A stretch of DNA of 64,000 nucleotides from Octopus vulgaris (GCA_951406725.2 OX597823.1:34348001-34412000), one strand, 5' to 3'; positions 51,096 through 64,000 are shown, numbered from the stretch's first letter. Program-made: numbers and translations. The notes: generated by a model not told the origin, from the sequence alone.

Positions 51096-51601
51096 TACCC
51101 TGATGCAGTACCAGACACTGGCTCTCATGGCTTCTGATCTTAACCGATTGGAAGTGATATTGAGCAAATATTCTGCTCAATACACAGATTTGCTTGTCAG
51201 TTGTTTCACCATAACCACTTGAGCATGTCCCTTAGTGGCTGATGATATGTGCATCTCTGATCACGAGCAGAAGTAGTGGGGGAGCATCATAGCCATGTGT
51301 TGAAAGGAATTCTTTGGGGTTTGAATAATTCATCTTTGAAAACATGGGTGCTTCGTTCAACACCCTTATTGAGGGACCTTTTGAGCGGGATGGGTTACTC
51401 AACCAGAAGAAAATTCTAACTGGGCCCCACCTGCAAGGTCATGTGCTGTTTATCTTGATATGAGATCACCATGTCGCGCACATATGGTTGTGATGCATGT
51501 GCCTGGTGTACCCTTATCAGACGGGTAGTCATGATGGGTATACTGGGCTTCGTATATTTTACCCCAGTGTCACTTTGATGGCATGCACTGCTCTCTCACC
51601 C
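51096..51601. mobile_element. Non-coding interspersed repeat inserted in (TAA)n
   Basis: (AAT)n on both sides; reverse-complement partial copies at about 36911-37015 and 61200-61262. Confidence 0.55.
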
Positions 51602-52999
51602 AATAATAATAATAACAAAAGCAACAACAATAATAATGATAATGATCATAATAATAATCCTTTCTACTATAGGCACTAGGCCTGAAATTTAAGGGGAGCG
51701 GCCCTTAAAGCCAGAAACTTTTCAGCACCCCTTCTTATGAATTCTTAACTTTTACTGATGAGTGTCTCGACAATTTGATAATTTTGAACTGTTAAACTCA
51801 CTTCGTTAGAAATTATGATTTTCCAGTTTTAAATTAAATAATTCCCCCAGACTAATCAATTTTCGTTTCCCATTATTTGTATATAATTTTAAGCTTCTTT
51901 TTGCCCCTCTCCTCGCATTATTTTGTGACTTCCTAAATGCTTCTACGTTTGAGAAAATAAAATCGTTCGTAAACAACGTATTTTCGTAAATTTCTGAAAT
52001 TATTCAGGCAAGGGAAATAACTCTAAAGAAACTTCTGCTTATCTGAGAGTTATTTCCCATAAGTAAATACTGTATGGCCGAACGGTTATGACGCCCGCTT
52101 CGCAACTCCAATGTTCCGGGTTCGATCTCACTTTTTGGTAACTTGGGCAAAGTCACTTCTTATTGTTTGGGTCGAGGTATATCTTCTAAAAGAAAATGGG
52201 TAAACGAAAACTGTAAAAAAATCGTCGGGAAGATTGCACACGTAATTCAAAAAGCACAGCCTTGTCGCACATTACATTACATCCATTCTGCATGAGAATT
52301 GCGATAAGTGCACATGGGTCTGTGGAATACTCAACCACTTACACGATAATTCATAAACAAGTAATTCTGTTTAATACACTACGTCATCTGAAAGTGTAAT
52401 GTTTTCTGGAATAATCCAGTAACATTATATTTTAATAATTTCATCATCACCGCTAAATTGTATTGAAGGAATTAAACGATAACTCGTTTAATTCCTTCAA
52501 TTCTTTGGAAAAAAAATGGAACGAGGAGAAACCGATGCAGGAGTTTACCACATAGGTTGCATCTATTATATCATTCCTTGATACTGTCTGCACTAAGTAC
52601 CCCATTAATAGGCTGCTAATATGAAAAATAAAGGATTGAAAACTTAGGGTAAGCAAATTAATAGCTTCAGTTTTCTGTAGCTAATGGATTTGTTTTGCAT
52701 ATAAACAGATCGGCTCTTTGCTTTCCTGAGATTATTCAAGTAATGTAGAGAAACTTTATCCAACCTGTTCTTACTCTAGCTGCTAAACTTTCAGAACATG
52801 TCCCTACCTATTAATTAGGTCACCAAGGTAATAAAAGCTATCAACAACTAGGAAAGCTTTTCAGGTATTTTCAGCCTTCTCTGTTCACCTACCTCCAATC
52901 CTATCACACCCCTTGTATTTCCACTACTTATGCTGGGTACACCGAATGGAATTTCTACTTGTTTCTTTTCTGCATACTGTGTACAGCTATTTTGCTGAT

Positions 53000-53295
53000 G
53001 GTATCAAGGTCTTTATATAGGTATAAAGGCGGCAAGCTGGCAGAAACGTTAGCACGCCGGGCGAAATGCGTAACCGTATTTCGTCTGCCGTTACGTTCTG
53101 AGTTCAAATTCCGCCGAGGTCGACTTTGCCTTTTATCCTTTCAGGGTCGATAAATTAGGTACCAGTTACGCAATGGGGTCGATAAATTAGGTACCAGTTA
53201 CGCACTGGGGTCGATATAATCGACTTAATCTGTTTGTCTGTCCTCTCTGTGTTTAGCCCCTTGTGGGTAGTAAAGAAATAGGTATCAAGGTCTTT
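53000..53295 (+). mobile_element. Second SINE family copy with 15-bp target-site duplication (other copies about 21950-22160, 23740-23940, 24270-24480, 24710-24920, 55120-55310, 61360-62350)
   Basis: GGTATCAAGGTCTTT at 53000-53014 and 53281-53295, B-box-like GAGTTCAAATTCC, internal duplication of about 31 bp. Confidence 0.8.
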
Positions 53296-53454
53296 TTCTT
53301 TTTCAAACTCCCATCTTTGTTAAATTTTCATTAAGGGTTTTCAATTCCAGGTTTTTGCGTTTACGTCGGAAATGCTTCTTCTACACACACACACACATAA
53401 ATAGAGATACAGTCATACACAAAGAAACTAATAATTTACATATTTACAAGCACA

Positions 53455-53460
53455 TTTATT
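53455..53460 (-). terminator. Candidate polyadenylation signal (AATAAA) of the BTB gene
   Basis: tttatt on the + strand, about 530 nt downstream of the stop codon. Confidence 0.45.
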
Positions 53461-53991
53461 AAACCTTAATATCTATATCTATGTGTGTGAGTGAGTGTGT
53501 GTAAAACATATACATATATTTATAAACCTATATATATATATTACACCAGATAATATAGTCTTCTGTTTGATGTTTCTGAGGGTTTCTTGTACCATATTCA
53601 AACGTAGTTTTAAGATACTGGAACCTACAGTTGTTTTTATAATGTGATGTGATACCAGAAAATTGGAATAGTGATGGAGTAAAACTTTAGATTCGAATGA
53701 ATGTATGAATGAGTGAATGGATGAACAAAGCAATATACATACATACATACATATACATATATATATGTGCATACATATATATGTGTATATATATATTATA
53801 GATATGTTGATAGATAGTTATGCATTTATGTCAACAACCACAAATGTACACACATATATAAATGAATAGGAAGCAAAAAGTTGATATGTCCAAAATTGGT
53901 CTCTGAATGTGAAAGGAATTTCAGTTGATATTGGTCTCATGAGGAAAAAATGTCATTTATGTTTTGTTTTTGTCAGTTTTGTATAATGGTT

Positions 53992-55017
53992 TCAGTTTGA
54001 TGCAAGAGAATAGAGGGAGAATGCGTCACCCGATGTTGGCACAAAAGTAACAGGAAAAGGAGACGGTGAGGATGTTTGCTGTAGGACTTCAGTTGAACTC
54101 AAGTCTGCTTTTGATAATTCGGGACTTAACGATTTATTTGGAGATTTTCTTTCATTGTTTTTCTGTGAAGATTGGTTATCGTGAATAGAATGGTTCATCT
54201 GTTTATCTTCCCCACTGTCTCCATCGCTGTTATTGCTAGGAACGGTGGTTGTGCTGCAGTTGTTGTTGTTAATGTGTTCAGTACTTTGGTCTTGAAGGTC
54301 GTTCTCATAACTTTTACCTTCTTGTGACAAATAGGAACTAATCTGGTCAGTACTTTGCTTTTTCTGACTAAGCTGAATGGAAGAATTAAACTCTGAAGAA
54401 TGCTGGTACGGTTCTGTTTTGACCTGTCCTTGGGGAGTCGTGAAAATCTGAGCATTTTGACTCGTGGACGGAAGACAATATTCTTGACTATCAGGAAACA
54501 CGACAGGCATGTCACTCCCAGGGTGGAGTCTAGACATTGCCGAAGCAGCAGGACTCGCAAGAGCAATGTTATGGTAACTCGTAAGATCTGCAGAATGCTG
54601 ATAATGATTAGGGTCTATTCTATCAGCCAGACTATAGTCGTCCCCTAAATTAAGAATTACAGTCTGTTTGCTAGGGTGCCCTCTTTTCCGTTTGCCAGCA
54701 TATTCCTGGCTGTAATTTTCAATCAAAGAAGGCATGGTTATCGGAAGCTGCAGATGAAGCTTATACTCAGCTAAACTGGAAGAAAATTCTCAACAATATC
54801 GCTGAACTTTCTCTACTTTCAGCAAATTAGTAACTCGTTCAATGTCTTTGTAATTGTACTCGGTTAAGTTCAACACTCCATCGTAAAGAAAAGCTACAAA
54901 GGTGGCAAGAGCTTCGTCATTGATGCCAGACGGAAGATTCACTTCAAGCCCCGCACCATCTCTTATGTTTTTCTCAAGCAGATGAGGACTCACAGCAAAT
55001 AAAATCAGTCGATGAAG
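53992..55017 (-). CDS. Terminal exon of a BTB/POZ-domain protein gene, with one in-frame TGA at 54790-54792 (possible pseudogene, null allele or recoding)
   Basis: A polypyrimidine tract and AG acceptor (ttttctttttatcttttacag) end at 55018. The phase-0 translation LHRLILFAVSPHLL...ALATFVAFLYDGVLNLTEYNYKDIERVTNLLKVEKVQRYC*EFSSSL matches the BTB pattern (HR.vL.a.SpyF, FlYtG.l.l, LL.v..v..C.eF). The frame continues without further stops into the 247-aa ORF, which has an AT-hook/NLS-like KRKRGHP, a VKTE SUMO-like motif and an S/Q/N-rich tail. The exon for the BTB N-terminus was not found in the window. Confidence 0.8.
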
Positions 55018-55621
55018 CTGTAAAAGATAAAAAGAAAATGTTCAGATTATTTAAAAGCAAACAGTCAGCCATTTTGTTTACTTCATTAAGAAATTTTGTC
55101 AAGTAAATATAATTAATTACATTTATTTCTTTATTGTCCAGAGGGGGCTAAACATAGAGGGTAACAAACAAAGATAGACAAAGGGAATAAGTTGATTACA
55201 TCAACTCCATCCCGAAAGGATGAAAGGCAAAGTCGACTTCAGTGGAATTTGAACTCAGAACGTAATGGCAGATGAAATATCGCTAAGCATTTCGCCCGGC
55301 ATGCTAACAATCATCATCATCATCATCATCATACAATGTCTGTTTTTCCATGCAAGCATGGGTTGGACAGTTCGACCGGGGTCTGGGAAGCCAGGAGGCT
55401 GCACCAGACTCCAATCTGATCTGGCAGTGTTTCTACAGCTGGATGCCCTTCCTAATGCCAACCACTCCGTGAGTGTAGTGAGTGCTTTTTATGTGCCACC
55501 AGCACAGGGCCAGAGAAGGCTGGCAACGTCCACGATTGGTTGGTGCTTTTTATGTGCCACCAGCACAGATGCCAGTCAAGGCGGCGCTGGCATCGACCAC
55601 GTTTGGATGGTGCTTAATTCA

Positions 55622-58600
55622 ATGGCTTGCCTATTTGGCTTGACTATTTTGCATGGCTATTTGGTTGGGCTATTTGGGTTGGCTATTTGGGTTGTTTATT
55701 TGGTTTGCCTATTTGGGTTGTCTCTTTGGGTTGTCTATTTGGCTTGGCTATTTGGGTTGGCTGTTTGGGTTGGCTATTTGGGTTTACTCTTTGGCTTGAC
55801 TATTTGGGTTGGCTATTTGGGTTGGCTATTTGTGTGTGCTTTTTGGGATGGCTCTTTGGCTTAGCTATTTGGCTTGGCTATTTGGGTTGGCTATTTGGCT
55901 AGGCTATTTGTCTTGGCTATTTGGCTTAGCTATTTGGCTTGGCTATTTGGGTTGGCTATTTGGCTAGGCTATTTGTCTTGGCTATTTGGATTGGCTATTT
56001 GGGTTGGTTATTTGTGTTTGCTATTTGGGTTGGCTATTTGTGTTCGCTATTTGGCTTGGCAATTTGGCTTGGCTATTTGGGTTGGCTATTTTGGTTTGCT
56101 ATTTGGCTTGGCTATTTGGGTTCGCTATTTGAGTATGCTATTTGTGTTGGCTATTTGGCTTAGCATTTGGCTAGGAAATTTGGCTTGGCTATTTGGGTGG
56201 GCTATTTGGGTTGGCTATTTGGGTTAGCTATTTGGTTTGGCTATTTGGCTTGGCTATTTGGGTTGGCTATTTGGGTATTTGCTATTTGGGTTGGCTATTT
56301 GGCTTGGCTTTTTGGGTTGGCTATTCGTGTTTGCTATTTTGGGTTGGCTATTTGTGTTTCCTATTTGGGTTGGATAGTTGGCTTGGCTATTTGGGTTGGC
56401 TATTTGGGTTGGCTATTTGGGTTAGCTATTTGGCTTGACTATTTGGGTTGGCTATTTGGGTTTGCTATTTGGGGTGGCTATTTGGCTTGGCTATTTGGTT
56501 TGCCTATTTGGGTTGTCTATTTGGGTTGTCCATTTGGCTTGGCTATTTGGTTTGCCTATTTGGGTTGTCTATTTGGGTTGTCTATTTGGGTTGTCTATTT
56601 GGCTTGGCTATTTGGGTTGGCTGTTTGGGTTAGCTATTTGGGTTTACTCTTTGGCTTGACTATTTGGCTTGGCTATTTGGGTTGGCTATTTGTGTGTGCT
56701 TTTTGGGATGACTATTTGGCTTAGCTATTTGGCTAGGCTATTTGGGTTTGCTATTTGGCTTGGCATTTTGGATTGGCTATTTGTGTTGGCTATTTGTCTT
56801 AGCTATTTGGCTAGGCTATTTATTTGTCTTGGCTATTTTGCTTGGCTATTTGGGTTGGCTATTTGTGTTTGCTATTTGGGTTGGCTATTTGTGTTTGCTA
56901 TTTGGCTTGGCAATTTGGCTTCGCTATTTTGGTTGGCTGTTTTGGTTTGCTTTTTGGCTTGGCTATTTGGGTTGGCTATTTGAGTATGCTATTTGTGTTG
57001 GCTATTTGGCTTAGCATTTGGCTAGGAAATTTGGCTTGGCTTGGCTTTTTGGCTTGGCTATTTGGCATGGCTATTTGGGTTGGCTGTTTGGGTTAGCTAT
57101 TTGGGTTTACTCTTTGGCTTGACTATTTGGCTTGGCTATTTGGGTTGTCTGTTTGGGTTGTCTATTTGGGTTAGCTATTTGTGTTGGCTATTTGGCTTAG
57201 CATTTGGCTAGGAAATTTGGCTTGGCTATTTGGCTTGGCTATTTGGGTGGGCTATTTGGGTTGGCTATTTGGGTTAGCTATTTGGCTTGGCTATTTGGCT
57301 TGGCTATTTGTGTTTGCTATTTTGGTTGGCTATTTGTGTTTCCTATTTGGGTTGGATAGTTGGCTTGGCTATTTGGGTTGGCTATTTGGGTTAGTTATTT
57401 GGCTTGACTATTTGGGTTGGCTATTTGGGTTTGCTATTTGGGTTGTCTATTTGGCTTGGCTATTTGGTTTGCCTATTTGGGTTGTCTATTTGGGTTGTCC
57501 ATTTGGCTTGGCTATTTGGCTTGGCTATTTGGTTTGCCTATTTGGGTTGTCTTTTTGGGTTGTCTATTTGGCTTGGCTATTTGGGTTGGCTGTTTGGGTT
57601 AGCTTTTTGGGTTTACTCTTTGGCTTGACTATTTGGCTTGGCAATTTGGCTTGGCTATTTGGGTTGGCTATTTTGGTTTGCTATTTGGCTTGGCTTTTTG
57701 GGTTGGCTATTTGATTTGCTATTTATGTTGGCTATTTGTCTTAGCTATTTGGCTAGGCTATTTGGCTTGGCTATTTGGGTTGGCTATTTGTGTTTGCTAT
57801 TTGGGTTGGCTATTTGGGTTCGCTATTTGGCTTGGTAATTTGGCCTGGCTATTTGAGATGGCTATTTGGCTTAGCTATTTGGCTAGGCTATTTGGGTTAG
57901 CTATTTGAGTTGGCTATTTGGATTGGCTTTTTGGGTTGGCTATTTTGCTAGGCTATTTGGGTTGGCTATTGGGATTGGCTATTTGTGTTTGCTATTTGTT
58001 TTGTCTTTTTGGGTTGGCTATTTGTGTTTCCTACTTGTCTTGGCTACTTGGCTTGGTTATTTTGCTAGGCGATTTGGGTTGGCTATTTTGGTTTGCTATT
58101 TGGCTTAGCTATTTAGGTTGGCTATTTAGGTATGCTATTTGTTTTGGCTATTTGGCTTAGCTATTTGGCTAGGCTATTTGGCTTGATTTTTTAGCTTGGC
58201 TATTTTGTTTGGCTATTTGTGTTTGCTATTTGGGTTGGCTATTTGGGTTTGCTATTTGGCTTGGCAATTTTGCTTGGCTATTTGGGTTTGCTATTTGTGT
58301 TTCCTATTTGGGTGAAATATTTGACTTGGCTATTTGGCTTGGCTATTTAGCTAGGCTATTTGGGTTGGCTTTTTGAGTTGGCTATTTGGGTTGGCTATTT
58401 GGGTTGGCTATTTGAGTTGGCTATTTGAGCTAGGCTATTTGGCTAGGCTGTTTATGTTGGCTTTTTGGATTGGCTTTTTGGTTGGCTATTTGGGTTTGCT
58501 ATTTTGCTGGGCTTCTTGGATTAGCTATTTGGATATGCTATTTATGTTGGCTATGTGTCTTAGCTATTTGGGTAGGCTATTTGGGTTGGCTATTTGGGTA

Positions 58601-58855
58601 TGCTATTTGTGTTGGCTATTTGGCTTAGCATTTGGCTAGGAAATTTGGCTTGGCTATTTGGCTTGGCTATTTGGCTTGGCTATTTGGCTTGGCTATTTGG
58701 CTTGGCTATTTGGCTTGGCTATTTGGGTTAGCTATTTGGCTTTGCTATTTCGGTTGGCTATTTGGGTTTGCTATTAGTGTTGGCTATTTGGCTTGGCTAT
58801 TTGGCTAGGCTTTTTGGCTTGGCTATTTGGCTTGGCTATTTCGGTTGGCTATTTT
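55622..58855. repeat. 14-bp-unit satellite with higher-order structure
   Basis: Unit TTGGCTATTTGG(C/G)T; blocks recur about 970 bp apart (e.g. near 56420 and 57390). Confidence 0.95.
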
Positions 58856-59210
58856 TCGAAAATTTTCCCCAAAATTTTAGAAAAATGTTTTGAAAACTTT
58901 CCCTGAAAATTTTTCAATAATTTCTTTTGCTCAAAAATTTTTAGAAAATTTTTTGAAAATTTTCCCCAAAGATTTTTGAAAAAGTGAGAGAGGGAGAGAG
59001 AAAGTGACGAGCTTCATAAAATATAAAATGTAAAACGGTTTGTGTTTTCTTAAACACGAGATATAGTGTTCAAATTTGGGATGTTTTTGAAAGACACTAT
59101 ATTTTATAATCATAGTATATATACTTTCTCACACAACAATTACAATATATTTATTTTAAATCATTTATTTATTTTAAATCTTTCATCTTTCTCCCCACTC
59201 TCTCTCACAC

Positions 59211-60650
59211 ACATTGCAATTATTGATTCTGTATTAAAAATTCTCCTGTGGAGAATACAGATTAAGCCAAAACATCAGGTCAACAGCAGATCAAAGGGAT
59301 GTTGCAGCATGGCTCTTGCATCTTGGCAATGGAACATATGCAACTCCACAAGATCCTAATCTTACTATTGATAACATAGAAGTGCCTCAAAATTCATGCG
59401 TTGACGGCTCTCTAGTGGATGATATCTTCAACAATACATCTGAGGAAGAGAGAAGCAGAGAACTCAGACTACCTCCTGATCAATGAAGAAGTTTTGAGAG
59501 AACTTCCAGGTGATTGCCACACCTATTATAGTACAGATAAAGTTTTGGCAGATGAAACGGTTCTGAATTTGAATGGCTATCCAGAGTACAGAAGACACAA
59601 TACTGGAGTCACAGCTGAGGCTGGGCAATATCCACTTGAATTTCTAAACTCTTTGACACCACCAGAAATGCCTCCTTATAAATTGAGTTTAAAACTCGGC
59701 TCAGTGGTAATGCTTCTTCATAACATTTCTATCCAGAATGGACTCTGCAATGTTACAAGACTGGAAATGGTGACCATGTACCAACATTCAATCGAGGCTT
59801 CCTTGATTAGTGGCTCACTAATTGGCAGATGTGTTCTCATCCCCAGAATAAAGCTGGCTCCAAGCGACCCTAACTTGCCATTCACCTTGGAGAGAACCCA
59901 GTTTCCTGTCCGTCTATCATATGTCATGGCTATTAACAAGCCACAGGGGCAGTCATTTGAGAAGGTGGGATTGTTCTTACCTCAGCCAGTGTTCAGTCAC
60001 GGGCAGGTGTATGTGGCAGACTCTAGAGCTCGCAAACTCTCACATGTAAGGATTAAGGTGATGGAGACAGGCAGACAAGGATGGAAAAGAGGGCGAACTG
60101 TTATTAAGAACATTGTCTGCTGAGAAGTACTGACTTGAAGGAGTGGAGTGTTTTCAGAAGTTCTGGAAACCCGTGATTGTATTAGGTGTGTGTTTTTGGT
60201 TTATATGCATTTATATGTGGCATGTATTATATAGTTTTGTACATGTATAGATCTATTGTTTTCTGTATTCATATTGGAGGGAACTGGCATGGCTCTATGT
60301 TGGGACGAGAAGTACCATGGAGTGATTGGCATTGGCAATTTTTGCACACATGGTAGACACTCCCAAGTATCTCTATGTGTTGTTTATTTTTCCCAGCCTA
60401 TGAGTATTGTATGTTAAAAAAAAGGATAGAATTAATAGCTAAACTTTACGTATTTGTAAATAGAACTGTACAGATCTACGCAATTTTAGTATTTGCTGCC
60501 TTGGTATCTTATTCTGTTATATATGTAGAGGCTTTAATTACTCCTTTCTTCAATGCGTTATTTTTATACTTACATATATGTAAAAAAAATGTTTTTTATT
60601 TACTCAACATTCTATTAATCGGTTCATGGAAATTCCACGGGTCCCGCTAA
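59211..60650 (+). mobile_element. Helitron 3' part: PIF1-family helicase pseudogene and 3' terminus
   Basis: YPLEFLNSLTPPEMPPYKL.LK.G..VMLL.N, NGLCN.TRL, QFPVRLSYVMAINKPQGQS and VFSHGQVYVA.SR motifs; degenerate hairpin (CATGGAA-A-TTCCACG) and CTAA end at about 60650. Confidence 0.9.
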
Positions 60651-60699
60651 CAACAACAACAATAATTTTAACAATAATAATTTCTTTATTAGCCATAAG

Positions 60700-61190
60700 G
60701 ACTCAAAGAAAACTCAAAAAAGGGCAAGATAGTGAAGGGTTGTTATGTTAAATAATACGTATAAACAGAATAACAAAAACAAGTTACAACACAAAAAATT
60801 TCGACAAACAGCATGTATTAATAAGGAAAACAGCTGCTTAGGACCAGTGAAGGAAATCTCAACTACTATAACCAGCAATGGTAATTGCTCTTTTTTTCAT
60901 CTGTCTGTTCTCCGCCAACAGGCGCTTGCGCAGACTAGGTCCGATTACGCGTACAATGTTCATCATTCTCACCCACCTTTCAACAAATTTACTGAAGGCA
61001 GCAACCCCCCTCTCTACCCTCACTATCCTTGCTAAGTGAAACTTGGAAAAGCTGATGTGGGCCTGGCCAAGGAGGGAAAGTGTGTTTTCAATCCTTTCAG
61101 CCTGACCATCAAACTTTCTTTTATCATATCCACCAGACAAAGGAAAATCTGTTTGATTCCCAGTTTAAGGAAGGCGATGGGGTGAGGTGT
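60700..61190 (-). mobile_element. Probable L1/Tx1-like LINE 3' end
   Basis: IFLCLV..IKE and FSKFHL..IVRVER...FVERW resemble L1/Tx1 ORF2 C-termini; frameshifted. Confidence 0.45.
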
Positions 61191-62364
61191 GTGACAAAAC
61201 AATGTACATGATAACACTTCAAATCAGTTAAGAGCAGAAGCCATGAGAGCCACTGCCTGGTATTTTATTATCATCATTGTCATCATCATCATCATCATCA
61301 TCAACATCAACATCATTATTATTGTTGTTGTTGTTGCTGTTGATGTTGTTATTGTTGCTGTTAAGGTTGCAAGCTGCAAGAACCATTAACATACCAAACT
61401 AAATACTCATTGGCATTTCCCCTGGTTCTTGATGTTCTGAGTTCAAATGCTGTTGAAGTCATCTATGTTTTCGTTGTTTTTGGAGGTCAATAAAATTAAA
61501 TCCCAGTCAAGCACTGGGGAAGTGGGGGGAGCAGGGGGGGTCGATGTAATCAACTACACCCCACCCCTTGTGCCAATGGCAGAAAGCATTGTTATTATGA
61601 GGCAGAGTTGTTATTGCATCAGACAAAATTGCTTAGCAGTATTTCATCCAAAGCTTTATGTTCTGAGTTCAAAACTTAGCTAAGGCTGATTTTGTTTTTC
61701 AGCTTTTGGGTAAGATGTTGATAAAATAAATATCTGATGTGTTCTGGGGTCGATGTAAGTGACTTGTCACTCTCCCCCAAATTTTAGGTCTTGTAGAAGG
61801 GGCATTATTTATGTCTTTATTGACCGCAGGGGCTAAATGTAGAAGAGACAAACAAGGACAAAGGGATTAAGTTGGTTATATCAACTCCAGTGCATAACTG
61901 GTACTTATTTAATTGACTCCAAAAGGATGAAAGGCAAAGTCGACCTTGGCAGAATTTGAACGTAAAGACAAACAAAATACTGCATTTCACCTGGCATGCT
62001 AACGATTCTGTCAACTCGCCGAACTTAAGAAAGGGTTATTATTAATTGCAGTGAGCTGGCAGCATCATTTACACACAAGACAAAAAACTCAATAGCATTT
62101 CGTCTGTCTTTATGTTCTGAGTTCAAATTATCATTAAGGTGGTGAGCTGGCAAAATTGTTAGCATGCAGAGCAAAATGCATAACAGCGTTTTGTCCATCC
62201 TTTCATTCTGAGTTCAAATTCTGTCAAATTCGACTTTGCTTTTCATCCTTTTGGGGTCAATGAAATAAGAACCAGTTATGCACTGGGGTCAATGTAATTG
62301 ATTAACCCCCTCTCCCCAAACTTCAGGCCTTGTGCTTATAGTAGAAAGGATTATTATTATTATT

Positions 62365-62424
<60 letters not shown>

Positions 62425-63434
62425 ATTATTATTATTACAACAGTCTCTTGGCAAATTTACCCTGGAAGTAATTTTCTCTGTAAATCATTCCATGAAGAAC
62501 GGTCCTCTCTAACCATTATAACTCCCTTCTGCTTACTGCTTATTATCCACATTTTACTTTCTATTGAAACCGTTTCTGTAAACTGACACCAATTCTGCCT
62601 TCCTTGAATGTCACTGTTTGCGTTTCATATGGAAAACAACAAATTATTGAATATTTTAACACTTAATGCTTTTCCTTGTTTACCAAAACGATTATGTAGT
62701 GATTTCTCCAACACATGAATGAGATTGTATAACAACCATGCCACAAGGAAATGTATTCATTAAAATAAATGTTGGTACCGTGTTATTAACGATGATGGTA
62801 TTTAGAGCACAGGGTGTGTGTAAACAACATTTAACACAAACTACAGAACTACACAATCTGTTTTTATTGGTCAAACAACAACAACATCTTCGGGGGTTGT
62901 GTAAAATGTAAAAGGCAAATGTGAGCAATTAAGACATTTCAGTGGATTTTCTTTGGAAAGTTTCCTTGTGTTATATATGCTTATCAAACTGCATTTCCTG
63001 TCCAGTGGGTTATCTTCTAGGACAGCTATGGAGGCTTAAATTTGTAAATATAATAAATTCTCTAAATATAGCAAAGTAGAACTAAAGGAATTAAACAAGA
63101 TTATAAAGATTTTAATCTTTGCTGAATCCTTGACAGGGTTTCAATTTCTGGTTGAAGCTATTTTGATTCACTTATGTAAGAAATGTCCTTTGAAAGGATA
63201 TTTACATCACAACTTCCTATTTCTAGTAAAATGAAAATAAAAATCTCACTATTTGAACTTAGAAAAAAATAGGTTGAAAAAATAGGTTGTAAAAATAGGT
63301 TGAAATCAGAAATTACTATTGAAGTGTTTGGGTCTGAAATATGCTGGACTAAATGTGTTAGTTTATTTGATATGTTACCCCCTTATTCTAATTTCAAATC
63401 CAGTTAAGATCATCTTTACTTTTTACGTTTAAAT

Positions 63435-64000
63435 GTTAGTCTTACTAGCTGCATCGCCAAACTGATGGAATCCTGTATCAGAGAAACCCTCTGGAACTTC
63501 TGGAAGTCTCACAGCTTCATCCAGCCGTCACAATTTGGATTTATTCCTAACTCCAGCTGCTGTAATCAACTCATCGAGTCTCTTGAGGACGTTACCCAAA
63601 TCACTGATAGCGGATCCTGGGTGGATGTTGTTTACCTGGACTTTGCTAAGGCTTTTAACTCTGTGCCACACAAAAGACTTATGGTGAAGCTCTCTGCATT
63701 GGGCGTAAGAGACAAACTCTATAACTGGTTGAAGTCCTTTATTTTTGGCTGAAAAGAGGTTGTCACAGTTCTAGGACAGCACTCTTTGCCCTATGAGATG
63801 ACATCAGGTGTACCACAGGGATCTGTTCTTGGCCCCCTTTTATTTGTTGCATATGTTAATGACATAGATGCCAACTTAAAGAATGCCACAGTGCTGAAAT
63901 ATGCAGATGACATCAAGCTGTACCTCGAAATAAAGATGTCAGATCCTGTACACTATAGATCTCTATTGCAAGCAGACCTGGACACAATGCAGCAGTGGAT
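63435..64000 (+). mobile_element. CR1/Jockey-group LINE reverse transcriptase fragment (runs off window)
   Basis: SLTS..AKLME, QFGF, VDVVYLDFAKAFNSVPH, SGVPQGSVLGPLLF and YADDIKLY motifs; one in-frame TGA at 63750. Confidence 0.9.

Noticed and set aside
53460-53991. SECIS element supporting selenocysteine at the BTB TGA
   Set aside because: The ATGA motifs in the 3' UTR have no matching helix and GA quartet that I could find by eye.
55627-58639. Hydrophobic LAIWLGYLGWLFG ORFs resembling membrane proteins
   Set aside because: Translation of a 14-bp satellite, giving the same peptide in every frame.
62440-63430. Upstream exon encoding the BTB N-terminus
   Set aside because: I saw no CDv.l-type motif or convincing phase-0 donor on the minus strand.

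Overview
AT-rich, repeat-dense eukaryotic (animal) DNA. The SINE, RTE and microsatellite content suggests a coleoid cephalopod such as Octopus; this is inference only. The one clear host coding sequence is a large minus-strand terminal exon (55017-53992). It encodes the C-terminal part of a BTB/POZ domain plus a low-complexity tail, interrupted by a single in-frame TGA. The rest is mostly transposon debris (RTE, R4/Dong-like, CR1-like and L1/Tx1-like LINE fragments, tRNA-derived SINEs, Helitrons, a mariner remnant, MITEs, one LTR with a PBS) and two 3 kb satellite arrays. The most striking unannotated structure is a set of roughly ten non-coding elements, most embedded in (TA)n/(TG)n tracts. 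They carry minimal type I hammerhead ribozyme motifs (stem I-CUGANGA-stem II-GAAA-short palindromic stem III-UH-stem I). Five form head-to-head palindromes, usually with an unpaired 3' tail, four share a 3'-subterminal CCCTAA, and one has a tRNA-derived Pol III head. This architecture points to a diverse family of non-autonomous Penelope-like (retrozyme-like) elements. All motifs were read by eye, so boundaries are approximate.
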